Below, piece after piece: positions 48,363-58,464 of a stretch of 64,000 bases of DNA (positions are counted from its first letter, which is position 1; every line of letters starts with the position of its first letter). A program made the translations under genes and the position numbers. This stretch comes from Candidatus Kuenenia stuttgartensis (GTDB lineage: Bacteria; Planctomycetota; UBA11346). The notes under the pieces are model-generated. The model saw only the letters and a program-made list of their open reading frames with translations, was not told where the DNA came from and did no database searches. The DNA is taken from contig CAMCMZ010000002.1 of assembly GCA_945876185.1 (NCBI GenBank), positions 92,203-156,202 on the forward strand, read 5' to 3'.

Positions 48363-50335
48363 CCGGCCGCTGATTCCGCCGCGACCGCCGGGAAATACTG
48401 GGTCTTTTCGCCGATGCGATGGCCGGGCGCGATGCCAGTGCCGAGTTCATCGACGCGGTAGACGTCGGCAGGCAGATTGAGCGACCCGCGCAGGCGCTCC
48501 ATCGTCGTCGGCACGAACGGGTGCAGCATGATGAGCAGGTTCTTGAGCACCTGGAAGCAACCGACGAGAGCGTCGCGGCGCTGGGTCTCATCGTGGCGGT
48601 CGTCGTGCGGCTTGAAACGGGTGAAGAGCGAATTCACCAGCCGAGCGTAGTTTTCGAGCTCGAAGAGCAGATTCGGATAATCCGCCTTGGCCATGCATTT
48701 GACATAGCGGGCGACGATCTTGGCGGTCGCGGCGGCCACTTCGTCGCTGACTTTCCCTTCCGGCACCACGCCACCAAACTTGGCGTGCACGGCCGAGATC
48801 GGTTTTTCGAATGCCGCGTTCATCGGCCCCGCCAGGAAGGCGTTGCGCTCGCCGAACTTGGCAAAGTCGAAATCCGCCGGCTTGTCGGCCAGACCCAGCA
48901 GCGCGAGGTAATACCGCACCTGATCCGCGTCGTACCCGCGTTCATCCAGCAGCTGGTCGCCGGTGAAATAGTTGCCGCGGCTCTTCGACATCTTTTCACC
49001 GCCGACCATGAGGTGGCAGTTGCCGACGATGTCGGTGAGCTGCAATTCACCCGCAATCGGCTGGCGATGCGGATCCGCCTGTGCGCCCAGCCACAGCGCA
49101 CCCTGCATGAGGACGTAAAAGAAGACGTTGTCCTGGCCAAGAAATTGCACCACCTGGGATCTGGGATCGCACCAGAATTCGCGCCACGCGGCCGGGTCGC
49201 GCCTGGCCCGGGTCAGGGCGACCTGGGTGAAGGCGATCGGCGCGATGAGCGAATCCGGCCAGACGTAGAGCGTCTTGCCCGCCAGTTCAGCGTCGCACGG
49301 CCCGACCGGGATGCCCCAGCCGATGTCGCGGGTGATCGAGCGGTGCGCCCATTCATCGGCCAGCGCGGCCGGGATGCCGGCGGCGGTCAACGCCGCGCGA
49401 CCCGCTTCCAGGCCGACCTTGTCAGCGAATTGCAGCAGCACCTTCTTGCCCGGCGCGTATTTCGATTTGTGCGGCGGCAACGTGGTTTTCAACGCCTTGT
49501 AGGCATCTTCATGGCTGTTGGCGAAGTGCAGCGACGGCAGCACCTGCTCGCGCACCTGCGCCAGCACGTAGGGGCGCCAGGTCTTCTCCTTGCCCTGGAT
49601 CCAGGTCTTCAAGGTTTCCGACACCGCCCACATGTCGAGCCACCAGTGGGTGGTCTCACGCATGACCGGCGTGGTATCGGACAACGAACTGCGCGGGTTG
49701 ATGAGCGCACTGGGATCGTGCTGGTGCCCGCAGCGTTCGCATTCATCGCTATAGGCATCGTCCGCGCCGCACTTCGGGTTCGGGCAGGTACCGCGCACCA
49801 GCCGGTCGGGCAGGAAGCGGCCAACCTGCGGGTCAAACCACTGCTGGCTGCTGCGCTTGCGCAGCAGGCCGTTTTTCGCCATCTGGGTCAGCATGTCCTG
49901 CGACTGCTTGGCATGGATCGGGAAGCATTCCGGGCGGGAGGTACCCGAATAGGTGTCGAGGCTGATGCCGTAGCGCGCCAGCGTCGTTTGCTGCGTCGCA
50001 TGGATGCCGGCGAGGAACTCCGGCACCGGCACGCCGGCCTTGGCCGCTGCGAGTTCACTGGTGGAACCGTGATCGTCGGTGCCGCACACGAACAGCACGT
50101 TGCCCTTCCCGATCAGCATCCGGCACCAGCGGGCGAAGATGTCGGCCGGCAGGTGCGCCCCGGCCAGATGCCCGATGTGCAACGGCCCGTTGGCGTAGGG
50201 CATGCCCGCGGTCACCACCATCCGGCTCGGACGCGGCACCCGCGCCAGGATCGCGGCAAGGCTGGGCGGGCCGGATTGCGTCCCGGCACCGGGAAGCGCG
50301 GAACCAGCGGAATCAACAGGGGCCGGATTGGTCAT
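48359..50335 (-). CDS. metG: Methionine--tRNA ligase (atypical, with insertion, no C-terminal OB domain)
   Basis: PYANGPLHIGH, CGTDDHG, Zn knuckle CPNPKC..CERC, ITRDIGWGIP, YVWPDS, KMSKS. Confidence 0.88.
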   Translation of the reverse strand: MTNPAPVDSAGSALPGAGTQSGPPSLAAILARVPRPSRMVVTAGMPYANGPLHIGHLAGAHLPADIFARWCRMLIGKGNVLFVCGTDDHGSTSELAAAKAGVPVPEFLAGIHATQQTTLARYGISLDTYSGTSRPECFPIHAKQSQDMLTQMAKNGLLRKRSSQQWFDPQVGRFLPDRLVRGTCPNPKCGADDAYSDECERCGHQHDPSALINPRSSLSDTTPVMRETTHWWLDMWAVSETLKTWIQGKEKTWRPYVLAQVREQVLPSLHFANSHEDAYKALKTTLPPHKSKYAPGKKVLLQFADKVGLEAGRAALTAAGIPAALADEWAHRSITRDIGWGIPVGPCDAELAGKTLYVWPDSLIAPIAFTQVALTRARRDPAAWREFWCDPRSQVVQFLGQDNVFFYVLMQGALWLGAQADPHRQPIAGELQLTDIVGNCHLMVGGEKMSKSRGNYFTGDQLLDERGYDADQVRYYLALLGLADKPADFDFAKFGERNAFLAGPMNAAFEKPISAVHAKFGGVVPEGKVSDEVAAATAKIVARYVKCMAKADYPNLLFELENYARLVNSLFTRFKPHDDRHDETQRRDALVGCFQVLKNLLIMLHPFVPTTMERLRGSLNLPADVYRVDELGTGIAPGHRIGEKTQYFPAVAAESAAG

Positions 50336-50472
50336 GCGCGAGGGCTTATCGCTCGGTTCCAGTCGGCGCAATCGCCGGTGCCCAAGCCGCTTGCATCCTG
50401 ATCGCACCGGCTGCCCAAGCCCAGGGTCTTCGTGGTATCCTCATCCGCTCACCCGACCTATCAGGATCGCCC

Positions 50473-51279
50473 ATGCGCTTCCGGACCCTGCCCCTCATCG
50501 GCGGCCTGCTCAGCGCCGCCGCCGTCGAAAACGAGGCGACCAAGCTCGCCGTGCCCAGCGGACTCCCGGTCGGAGCGGGTGGGGTCGAGGTCGGTCTCGT
50601 CTGCGAACTCAGCCGCGCGTCCCGGGCCTTCGATGCCGCCGGAACGGCCGGCGATCGCGGGGGTGCGGCCGTTTCGACGACCGTCACCGCCTCGGTGGTG
50701 GTCGGAGTGATCCCGCGCGCCGACCTCGGCCTGGCGGTGGGCTGGGCAACGGTGCGGGACGACGCTTCCTTTGCGGAAACCAGCAGCGGCCCGACCCAGG
50801 CGGTGCTCGCCTCCACCATCCTGCTGGTCGAGAAGAAAACCTGGGCCATCGCCGTCATCCCCCGTCTCGACGTGCCAATCCGACGCACCGTGCCTGACGA
50901 CCGCCCGACCACCGGCGCGACCGATGCCGCCTATGGTTTCACCGCTGCTGCGACCTGGGAACATGGCGAATTCACCAGTAATGTCGCGGCCGGCTACACC
51001 CGCCACACCGGGGTCACGGCGCAAACCAGCCGGGGCAGCCTCGATGCCGGTCTGGCCGGCGGCTATGTGCTCACGCCGTGGCTCCAGATCGAGGCGGACG
51101 TGGTCTACGCGCGCGAGCTGCGAGTCGACCGCAGTCAGGCCTGGTCAGTGACTGGGTTCGCCGGTTTCCAGATCCCGACCCCGGCCTGGCGCGGCTCGCT
51201 CGGCCTCAGCTGGACGCTCCTGGGGCGTCAGGCCGATGTCGCCACCGCCGTGAGCGCTTCGATCACCCGGATCTGGTAG
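50473..51279 (+). CDS. Putative outer-membrane beta-barrel protein
   Basis: Signal-like N-terminus, alternating amphipathic strands, terminal Trp. Confidence 0.6.
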   Translation: MRFRTLPLIGGLLSAAAVENEATKLAVPSGLPVGAGGVEVGLVCELSRASRAFDAAGTAGDRGGAAVSTTVTASVVVGVIPRADLGLAVGWATVRDDASFAETSSGPTQAVLASTILLVEKKTWAIAVIPRLDVPIRRTVPDDRPTTGATDAAYGFTAAATWEHGEFTSNVAAGYTRHTGVTAQTSRGSLDAGLAGGYVLTPWLQIEADVVYARELRVDRSQAWSVTGFAGFQIPTPAWRGSLGLSWTLLGRQADVATAVSASITRIW

Positions 51280-51338
51280 ATCGCAACCGATCACATCAGG
51301 CTGCTTCCGGCGCGCGGCCGAGGCCCTAGAAACCCGCC

Positions 51339-51992
51339 ATGCTGCCGATCCGCGTCCTGCCCAGTCTGTTGTCCGCCGACTTCACCCGCCTGGGCGAGGA
51401 GCTCCGCCGCTGCGAAGCCGCCAGCGCGCGCGTCCTGCACGTCGATGTGATGGACGCGCACTTCGTTCCCAACCTGACGCTCGGACCGTTCATCGTCGCG
51501 CACATGCGCAAGGCGACGCGGCTCGAACTCGATGTCCACCTGATGATGACGGATCCCCTGCGTTATGCTGAGGATTTCCGCAAGGCCGGCGCGGATGCGA
51601 TCACCATCCACGTCGAGGCGGTGGGCCCGCGCACGATGGCCAAGGCCATCCAGCAGGTGCGCGCCACCGGGGCCAAGGTCGGGCTGGCGTTCAATCCCGA
51701 CACTGATCCCCGGCTGTGGTTCCGCTTCATGGATCAGGTCGATCTGGTGATGTTCATGACCGTCTACCCCGGCTTCGGCGGCCAGGCTTTCATTCCCGAG
51801 GTGCGCGACTTCATCCGCGCCACCCGGGCGCGCTTCCCCGCGCTCGACATCCAGGTCGATGGTGGCATCGGCCGCGCCACCGCCGCCGACGTGGTCGCCG
51901 ACGGGGCCAACCGCCTGGTGTGCGGCAACGCGTTCTTCAGCGATGCTGATCCGGCAGCATTCGTGCGCGAGCTTGAGGCGTTGAGGCCATGA
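51339..51992 (+). CDS. rpe: Ribulose-phosphate 3-epimerase
   Basis: PSLLSADF, HVDVMD.HFVPNLT.G, DVHLM, MTVYPGFGGQ.F, VDGGI. Confidence 0.95.
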   Translation: MLPIRVLPSLLSADFTRLGEELRRCEAASARVLHVDVMDAHFVPNLTLGPFIVAHMRKATRLELDVHLMMTDPLRYAEDFRKAGADAITIHVEAVGPRTMAKAIQQVRATGAKVGLAFNPDTDPRLWFRFMDQVDLVMFMTVYPGFGGQAFIPEVRDFIRATRARFPALDIQVDGGIGRATAADVVADGANRLVCGNAFFSDADPAAFVRELEALRP

Positions 51993-52041
51993 GTGCTCTG
52001 ATAACGGAGGGCTGGCCACCCAAAAGACGGACTACGAAGGG

Positions 52042-52225
52042 ATGGCCACAAAGAGCACAAAGGGCACAAAAGACATCCGGGGGAAGGCCGGGCTCGGCGT
52101 CGTTCCAGTTTGGCGATGATCGGTTTTCCCCCGGTCGTGTTGATGTCGCTGCCAGGATCCATCCGGGATCACGGGCAATGTCCAGGCACAACATCCTTTG
52201 TGACCTTTTTGCTCTTTGTGGCCAT
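52042..52225. repeat. REP-like inverted repeat pair (GCCACAAAGAGCACAAAG family), copy 3
   Basis: atggccacaaagagcacaaagggcacaaa ... tttgtgacctttttgctctttgtggccat. Confidence 0.8.
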
Positions 52226-52254
52226 TCCCCTGCTGTTTGCTTGGAAACGCAGCG

Positions 52255-53412
52255 ATGACCGCACCCAGCGATGTCCGCCGCAGCGACCTGGAATCGGCGG
52301 AGGCTGCCAGTCTGGCGCCCTATGCGATGACCGCAGCGGCGAGCCGGGGCCGCGACCACGCGCACCAGGAAGATCCCTACCGCACCGCCTTTCAGCGCGA
52401 CCACGATCGCATCATCCACAGCCGGGCGTTTCGCCGCTTGCAGTACAAGACCCAGGTCTTCCCCAACGACGAAGGCGACCTCTTCCGCACCCGGCTGACC
52501 CACACGCTGGAGGTGGTGCAGTTGGCGCGCAGCGCCGGGCGGCGGCTGGGACTGAATCCGGATCTCATCGAATGCGTGGGCCTGGTGCATGACCTCGGCC
52601 ATCCGCCTTTCGGTCATCGCGGCGAGGCGATGCTGGCGGAACTCATGGCCGACCACGGCGGCTTCGAACACAACCGCCAGGCCCTGCGCACGGTCGAGGA
52701 ACTGGAGGTCCGCTACCCCGACTTTGCGGGCCTGAACCTGACCTACGAGGTGCGCGAAAGCATCGTGAAGCACGGCAGCGATCGGGATCCCGCCCGCATT
52801 CCGCAGCGCTTTCATCCTAGTGACGCCGCACTGTTGGAAGCGCAACTGGTCGACGAGGTCGACTCGATCACTTACGACTGCCACGACCTCGATGATGGTC
52901 TGCGCGCCGGCTACATCGATCCCGGTGCGGTGCAGGAAGTCCCGCTCTGGCAGGCCGCCTGGCGCGAGGCCGCCGAAGCCAGCCCGCGCGCCACCGCGCC
53001 GAAACTCATCAGCGACCGTGCGCTGCGCATCCTGCTTGACGCGATGCTGGGCGACCTGATCGACACCTCGCGCGGCCTGCTGGCGGCGAAAGACGTGACG
53101 ACACTGGCCGACGTGCGCGCCGCGCGCGAACCGCTCATCCAGCCCAGCCCGAGCATGTATGAAGCGAAAAAAACGCTGGAACGCTGGCTGTTCGCCAACC
53201 TCTACCGCCACTGGCAGGTGAACCGCAAGTTTCACCTCGCCCAGCGCATCGTCGCCGACCTGTTCGCCTTCTTCACCGCCCACCCCGACAGCCTGCCGCC
53301 CGAGCACGCCCAGCGCGCCGCCGGCGCCGGCCTGCACCGCGCCGTCGCCGACTACATCGCCGGGATGACCGACCGGTTCGCCGGGGATGAGCACCGGCGG
53401 CTGTGTCGGTGA
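52255..53412 (+). CDS. dgt: Deoxyguanosinetriphosphate triphosphohydrolase
   Basis: FQRDHDRIIHSRAFRRLQYKTQVF, RTRLTHTLEV, HDLGHPPFGHRGE, DYIAGMTDRFA. Confidence 0.93.
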   Translation: MTAPSDVRRSDLESAEAASLAPYAMTAAASRGRDHAHQEDPYRTAFQRDHDRIIHSRAFRRLQYKTQVFPNDEGDLFRTRLTHTLEVVQLARSAGRRLGLNPDLIECVGLVHDLGHPPFGHRGEAMLAELMADHGGFEHNRQALRTVEELEVRYPDFAGLNLTYEVRESIVKHGSDRDPARIPQRFHPSDAALLEAQLVDEVDSITYDCHDLDDGLRAGYIDPGAVQEVPLWQAAWREAAEASPRATAPKLISDRALRILLDAMLGDLIDTSRGLLAAKDVTTLADVRAAREPLIQPSPSMYEAKKTLERWLFANLYRHWQVNRKFHLAQRIVADLFAFFTAHPDSLPPEHAQRAAGAGLHRAVADYIAGMTDRFAGDEHRRLCR

Positions 53413-53435
53413 CGTAAGAGCAGAAACCGAACGGC

Positions 53436-53882
53436 ATGCCTGACCTGAGCGATCAGCAATTCGACGCGGCCTATGACCTTTGGCTGCAAACGGGATGGAA
53501 TCACAACTACCAGATTTCCGCCGCCGACTTTGCCAGGTCCTGGCGGGCGTCCCTGGTAAAGAAGTGCCTCGTCGTAAACGGTCAGATGGTCGCCATCGGT
53601 CGGGCGAATTCTGACGGAGTCCTCTATTCCATGATTCATGACATCGTCGTCCATGTGGACTGGCGTGGACGTGGTCTGGGCCGAAGCATCGTTCTCGAAG
53701 TGGTCAATGAACTCCGGGCGATGAAGGTGAAGTCCATCCAATTGATGGCGGCAAAAGGTCAGGCAGGTTTCTACGAGAAACTTGGCTTCGAGTTTCGTCC
53801 AACCGATGGGCCTGGCATGCAATTGAAGAGGATAGCCCTACTGGATGAACCCCCAGCGCACGTCGCGTCTGGTGATCGATAA
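53436..53882 (+). CDS. GNAT N-acetyltransferase
   Basis: VVHVDWRGRGLG, FYEKLGF. Confidence 0.88.
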   Translation: MPDLSDQQFDAAYDLWLQTGWNHNYQISAADFARSWRASLVKKCLVVNGQMVAIGRANSDGVLYSMIHDIVVHVDWRGRGLGRSIVLEVVNELRAMKVKSIQLMAAKGQAGFYEKLGFEFRPTDGPGMQLKRIALLDEPPAHVASGDR

Positions 53883-53905
53883 AAACTGAAACGACAAAAA
53901 TCCCC

Positions 53906-55348
53906 ATGCACACCAGCATAACCGCCCATGGCGCCCAAACCGGCCGCCTGTCCACCACCTCCATCCAGGCCGCGATCGACGCGGTTGCCGCTGACGGCGG
54001 CGGTCAGGTGCTGGTGCCACCGGGTGAGTGGCTGACCGGGATGATCCGCTTGAAGGATCGCGTGCGGCTGCACCTGGATGCCGGTGCGGTGCTGCGCGCC
54101 TCGGGCCGGGTCGAGGACTACGCCCAACGCGAGGATCTTGCCCAGGCGCCGTACTGCGACGTCAGCGGGTCGGGGCACGGGAAGTTCCACCTCATCCTGG
54201 CTGATCATTGCCGCGACATCGCGATCACCGGGCTGGGCCGGATCGACGGCAACGGCACCGCCTTTTACACCCCCGGCGCGGCGCTGAGCTGGCCGCTGGC
54301 GACCGACAATAAACGCCGGATGCGCTCGTGCGTCGAGATCAGCCATTGCACCAATGTCCTGATCGAGGACGTGACCATCGGCAACACCTGCAACTGGACG
54401 CTGCATCTGCACGAATCCGACATCGTGCGCGTGCGCGGTGTGCGTATCGACAATCCGGGCAACGCGCCCAACGCCGACGGCATCGACATTGGCGGCTGCC
54501 GCGGCGTCACCATCAGCGACTGCCACATCAACACCTGCGACGATGCGATCTGCCTGAAGACCTATCCGGGCGGCCGCAGTTGCGAGGATATCGCAGTGAG
54601 CAACTGCGTGATCCGCACCCACTGCGTCGCGCTCAAGCTCGGTTGCCTCGAATCCTTCGCCGACATGCGCAACGTGGTGTTCAGCAACTGCACCGTGCGC
54701 GGCAGCCACCGCGCGGTGGGCATCTATTCGCTCCATGGCGGCCACATCGAGAACATCCAGGTCGTGAACGTGGTCTGCGACACCTGCCTGCCGCTGATGT
54801 TCACCCGTCCGATCCATATCGACGTGCGCTGCAAGACTCCCGGCACCGGCCAGGGTTCGATTCGCAACGTGCTGATCGCCGGACTCACCGCGACCACCAC
54901 CGGCCGCATCCTGCTGACCGCCGCGCCGGGCTTCACCGCATCCGACATCCGCCTGCGCGACATCACGCTGCGCTACGTCGCGGTCGATGATCCGGCGATC
55001 CGTGGCACGGTGGTCGGCGGCAGCCAGTTTTCCAACGCCAACCCCTGGGCGCGCAGCGAACGTGCTGCGCTGGTGGCCGAGAACATCCAGGATCTCGACA
55101 TCCAGGGCTTGAACGTCCGTTGGCCCACGGGTCCGACCCCGAACGCGTGGCGCTTCCCGCAGAAAATGGCCAATGGCGCTCACGATCTTTATCACCCGTC
55201 CGACTGGGGCGAGGACACCGAATTTCCCTTCGCTGCCGTGAGCGCACGCGGCGTGACCGGTGGCCGTCTGGTCAGTGCCGGGTTGAGCGGGCGTGGTGGT
55301 GCCCAGGCGGTGCGCAGTGAACAGTGCCAAGGATTCAGCGTCGTCTGA
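53906..55348 (+). CDS. GH28 / pectin-lyase-fold glycoside hydrolase
   Basis: IQAAID..GGGQV.VPPG, ITGLGRIDGNG, PNADGID, CDDAICLK. Confidence 0.85.
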   Translation: MHTSITAHGAQTGRLSTTSIQAAIDAVAADGGGQVLVPPGEWLTGMIRLKDRVRLHLDAGAVLRASGRVEDYAQREDLAQAPYCDVSGSGHGKFHLILADHCRDIAITGLGRIDGNGTAFYTPGAALSWPLATDNKRRMRSCVEISHCTNVLIEDVTIGNTCNWTLHLHESDIVRVRGVRIDNPGNAPNADGIDIGGCRGVTISDCHINTCDDAICLKTYPGGRSCEDIAVSNCVIRTHCVALKLGCLESFADMRNVVFSNCTVRGSHRAVGIYSLHGGHIENIQVVNVVCDTCLPLMFTRPIHIDVRCKTPGTGQGSIRNVLIAGLTATTTGRILLTAAPGFTASDIRLRDITLRYVAVDDPAIRGTVVGGSQFSNANPWARSERAALVAENIQDLDIQGLNVRWPTGPTPNAWRFPQKMANGAHDLYHPSDWGEDTEFPFAAVSARGVTGGRLVSAGLSGRGGAQAVRSEQCQGFSVV

Positions 55349-55354
55349 AGCCGT

Positions 55355-56167
55355 TCAGGCGGTGGCGTCGAGGCCGCCGCCGATCGCCACCGCCGGCGCG
55401 TAGGCCCGGCGGGCCTGGTCCGGCTTTGCTGAAATCGGCATCGCTGAGTCCGGATTCGATGCACCGCCGGGACCACCGTCCTGCTTGCCGCCTTTCAGCT
55501 TCGCGGCGGTTTCCTCGCGCTGCTGCTGGCGCGCGGCGGCCTCAATCTGAGAAGCCTGGGACGCGACCGCCAGATCCTGGGCGGATGGATTGGCCGGAGC
55601 GAGCGCAGCCGCACGCACGCGCTGCATCTTGGCGATGGTCGCGGCGGGATCGCGTTCGCTGCCCATGTCGATCGAGACCTCGCCGCCGACGGCGTAGCGC
55701 TTGCCGTCGGGGCCGGTCTCATAACTGAAACTCGCGGCTCCGGCGAGGCCACCGCCGGCGGCCTGGTGCGCCGCCTCGTGCGTGCGCACCTCGCGGTCGC
55801 GGGCCGCAAGTTCGGCACTTTCCTGCTGCTTGGCGGGTTCCTCGGCGTCGCTGCCGGCGGCTGCGTCGGTCTTTCCCGCTTTCGCCTGGGCACCCTGGGC
55901 CGGTTGGCCGGTTGCCGCGGACTGGCTGGGATCAACCGGCTGCCCGTCCTCACCGGATGGATCGGGAGCGCTCCGCACCGAGGTCGGTTCCCAGGAATCC
56001 GTCCGTCGCTGACCCAGGACGGACGCGTCAGCGGATCCGCTCGACGGTACCGCTGATGATCTGCTGCCCTGGCGCACCTGCCAAGGATCGCGTTGCACGC
56101 TGGTGAGACCCAAGTCCATGGCGGAGGATACCCCGGTATTGCCGCCGATGCCAATCGACATTTCCAT
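55355..56167 (-). CDS. SprA-related (CJM1_0395-type) putative metalloprotease
   Basis: RDREVRTHEAAH..AGG, GPDGKRYAVGGEVSID, AALAPANPSAQD. Confidence 0.8.
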   Translation of the reverse strand: MEMSIGIGGNTGVSSAMDLGLTSVQRDPWQVRQGSRSSAVPSSGSADASVLGQRRTDSWEPTSVRSAPDPSGEDGQPVDPSQSAATGQPAQGAQAKAGKTDAAAGSDAEEPAKQQESAELAARDREVRTHEAAHQAAGGGLAGAASFSYETGPDGKRYAVGGEVSIDMGSERDPAATIAKMQRVRAAALAPANPSAQDLAVASQASQIEAAARQQQREETAAKLKGGKQDGGPGGASNPDSAMPISAKPDQARRAYAPAVAIGGGLDATA

Positions 56168-56169
56168 CT

Positions 56170-58464
56170 TCACCCCCGCGCCGAGATCCCGTCCACCGCG
56201 ACGACGCGCTCCTGTCCATCGACACGGCCGAAACGCAGGACCTCGGTCGGACACGCCTGGACGCAGGCGGAACAGCGCACGCATTCGGGGTCCTGCATGT
56301 GGTTTCCCTTGTTGGCGAAATTCATGATGTCGATGCCCTGATGGCAGACGGCGGTGCAGGCATTGCACGAGATGCACTTCTTCTGCTCGACCACGATGCG
56401 GAAGCGGCTGAAGCGGGCGTAGATGTGCATCAGCGCCGCGAGCGGGCAGGCGAAGCGGCACCACACCCGACCCGAGTAGGCGAAGTAGAGGCCGGTGCCG
56501 AGCGCGCCGGCGAGGAAGAAGTCGACCACCGGTTTCCAACCGTGGAGGAGCGCCTCATGCCCGAGCGCACTCGACCAGGCCCAGCCGGTCGACCAGCTCA
56601 GCACCCGCAGCACGAACAGCGCGACGGCGATGGCGAGCAGCACCTGGCCAACCAGGTTGAGGCGGTTCCAAAACCGGCCGTGCGGCATCTTCTGGCGGTG
56701 GCGATCGCCCAGCGTCTCGGCCAGGGCGCCGCACGAGCACAGCCAGCCGCAGTAGGCGCCCTTGCCCCAGCGCCAGACGATGAGCGGGATGATGACGAAG
56801 GTCTGGACCAGGCTGATCGCCAGCCACCAGCCCTGCGGCTGGTCGGTGAAGACGTTCCAGACGAAGAGCGGCCACGCGAGCAAAAATCCATACGCTCGCC
56901 AGTATTCGCGCCCGTTGGCGTCGTAGCTGGCGGCGGGAAAGAGGTTGTCGGCCGCCGTCTTCCACCAACCGCTGTCCCACGCGCCCTGATGCCCCAGCCA
57001 CGGCAGGATGATCTCGGGCAGCAGGAAGAGAGGCAGGCACTGCACCAGGATCAGGGTCGTGGTTTGCAATCGCACGTACGGCGTGCGCCGTCGCCGCATG
57101 CGATCGACGCCGAAGACCAGCACGGTCAGGCAGTAGAGCAGTGCAATGAAGAAGCCGATGCCGTTGCTGGCCGAGGCGGCCACGGTGTAGAGCAGATCGC
57201 CGAGCGGTCCGCTCTCTGCCGGCCAACTGATCTCGCGCATGCCTTCAAGCCAATGCCCGGCTGCGACGCTGGGATTCCACCACGCGTGGCCGAGCAGTCC
57301 GAACGCCTTCATGGCGTACAGGGTGGTGACCGCGAGAAAAAACGCGCCGAGTCCCATCCATACGACCGCCGAGCGTTCGCCCCGGATCGGCACGCCGCTC
57401 TTGCGGAAGAACGCGAGCGGAGCCTCACGGCCGATGAGCGCGAGCACCTCATCATTGGGCAGGCGCGCGGTGGCGCCGCCAGACACGATTTCGACCGCAT
57501 CGGCGCTGATGCGCTGGAGTTTCGTGCCGAGTTTGAGCGCGAGGCTGCCACCGCCCGGCAGGATGCCGGCCCCGGCGAGCGCGATGACGCGGGCGGCATT
57601 ACCGGACTTCGCCTTGGCCAGATCACTGCCACGATGGACCAGGGTCACGCGTGCGCCGGCTTCCGCGCAGGCGATGGCCGCCTCACAGGCGCTGTCGCCG
57701 CCGCCGGCCACCACCAGATCCTGGCCGTGATGATGCTTGGGATCGTGCAGACGGTTGACCACCTTGGGAAGATCCTCGCCGGGCACGCCCAGGCGGCGGA
57801 AGTTTCCGCTGCGGCCGATCGCCACGATCACCCGCCGCGCGAGCACCGGCGCGCTGTCCGGCACCATCACCGCGAGCAGCCCGCCGCGACGTTCGACGTG
57901 GGTGACGGTGGCGGCGCGCAGCGGCAGGTCGCGGCCGGCGAGCTGCCGTTCGAGTTCCGCCAGCAGATCTTCCTTCACCGTCGCCGCGACCTGGAGTTCA
58001 CCGGCTGGCCGCATGTCGACCGGATAGGTGAAGATCGGCTTGCCGGCCGGGAAGTTGGCGAGCGTCGCCAGGCGCTGGTTCGACTCGAAGATGGCGAAGC
58101 GCAGACCGCTGCCGACGAGTTCAACCGCCGCCGCCATGCCGGCCACGCCGCCGCCGATGATCGCCACGTCGAGCACATCAGCGCCGGCAGCCTGGTTTTC
58201 CCCAGCCAATTCGCGCCGGCACCGCTGGGCCGCCTTGGCGCCGGAATCGAGGGCAAACTTCAAGAGCGGCACCCCGGTCAGGTCGCCCACCACGTTGAGA
58301 CCAGGCACGCGGGTACTGCCGTCTGCCGCGACCACCGGCAGGCGTTCCGGTACGCCGGCCGGCCATTGCAGGTGCAGCCACTGCGCGAAGCGGGTGAAGA
58401 GATTGCCCGGCGCTGCTTTTCCAGCCAGCGCGGCGTGACCGGTAGGAGCGGCGATCGTGGTCAT
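56170..58464 (-). CDS. Fusion of a TrxB-like FAD/NAD(P)H oxidoreductase with a NapH-like polytopic 4Fe-4S membrane domain
   Basis: IIGGGVAG, AGGGDSA; TM region; YCGWLCSCG, WCRFACP, CISCNACTAVC, CVRCSACVQACP. Confidence 0.8.
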   Translation of the reverse strand: MTTIAAPTGHAALAGKAAPGNLFTRFAQWLHLQWPAGVPERLPVVAADGSTRVPGLNVVGDLTGVPLLKFALDSGAKAAQRCRRELAGENQAAGADVLDVAIIGGGVAGMAAAVELVGSGLRFAIFESNQRLATLANFPAGKPIFTYPVDMRPAGELQVAATVKEDLLAELERQLAGRDLPLRAATVTHVERRGGLLAVMVPDSAPVLARRVIVAIGRSGNFRRLGVPGEDLPKVVNRLHDPKHHHGQDLVVAGGGDSACEAAIACAEAGARVTLVHRGSDLAKAKSGNAARVIALAGAGILPGGGSLALKLGTKLQRISADAVEIVSGGATARLPNDEVLALIGREAPLAFFRKSGVPIRGERSAVVWMGLGAFFLAVTTLYAMKAFGLLGHAWWNPSVAAGHWLEGMREISWPAESGPLGDLLYTVAASASNGIGFFIALLYCLTVLVFGVDRMRRRRTPYVRLQTTTLILVQCLPLFLLPEIILPWLGHQGAWDSGWWKTAADNLFPAASYDANGREYWRAYGFLLAWPLFVWNVFTDQPQGWWLAISLVQTFVIIPLIVWRWGKGAYCGWLCSCGALAETLGDRHRQKMPHGRFWNRLNLVGQVLLAIAVALFVLRVLSWSTGWAWSSALGHEALLHGWKPVVDFFLAGALGTGLYFAYSGRVWCRFACPLAALMHIYARFSRFRIVVEQKKCISCNACTAVCHQGIDIMNFANKGNHMQDPECVRCSACVQACPTEVLRFGRVDGQERVVAVDGISARG

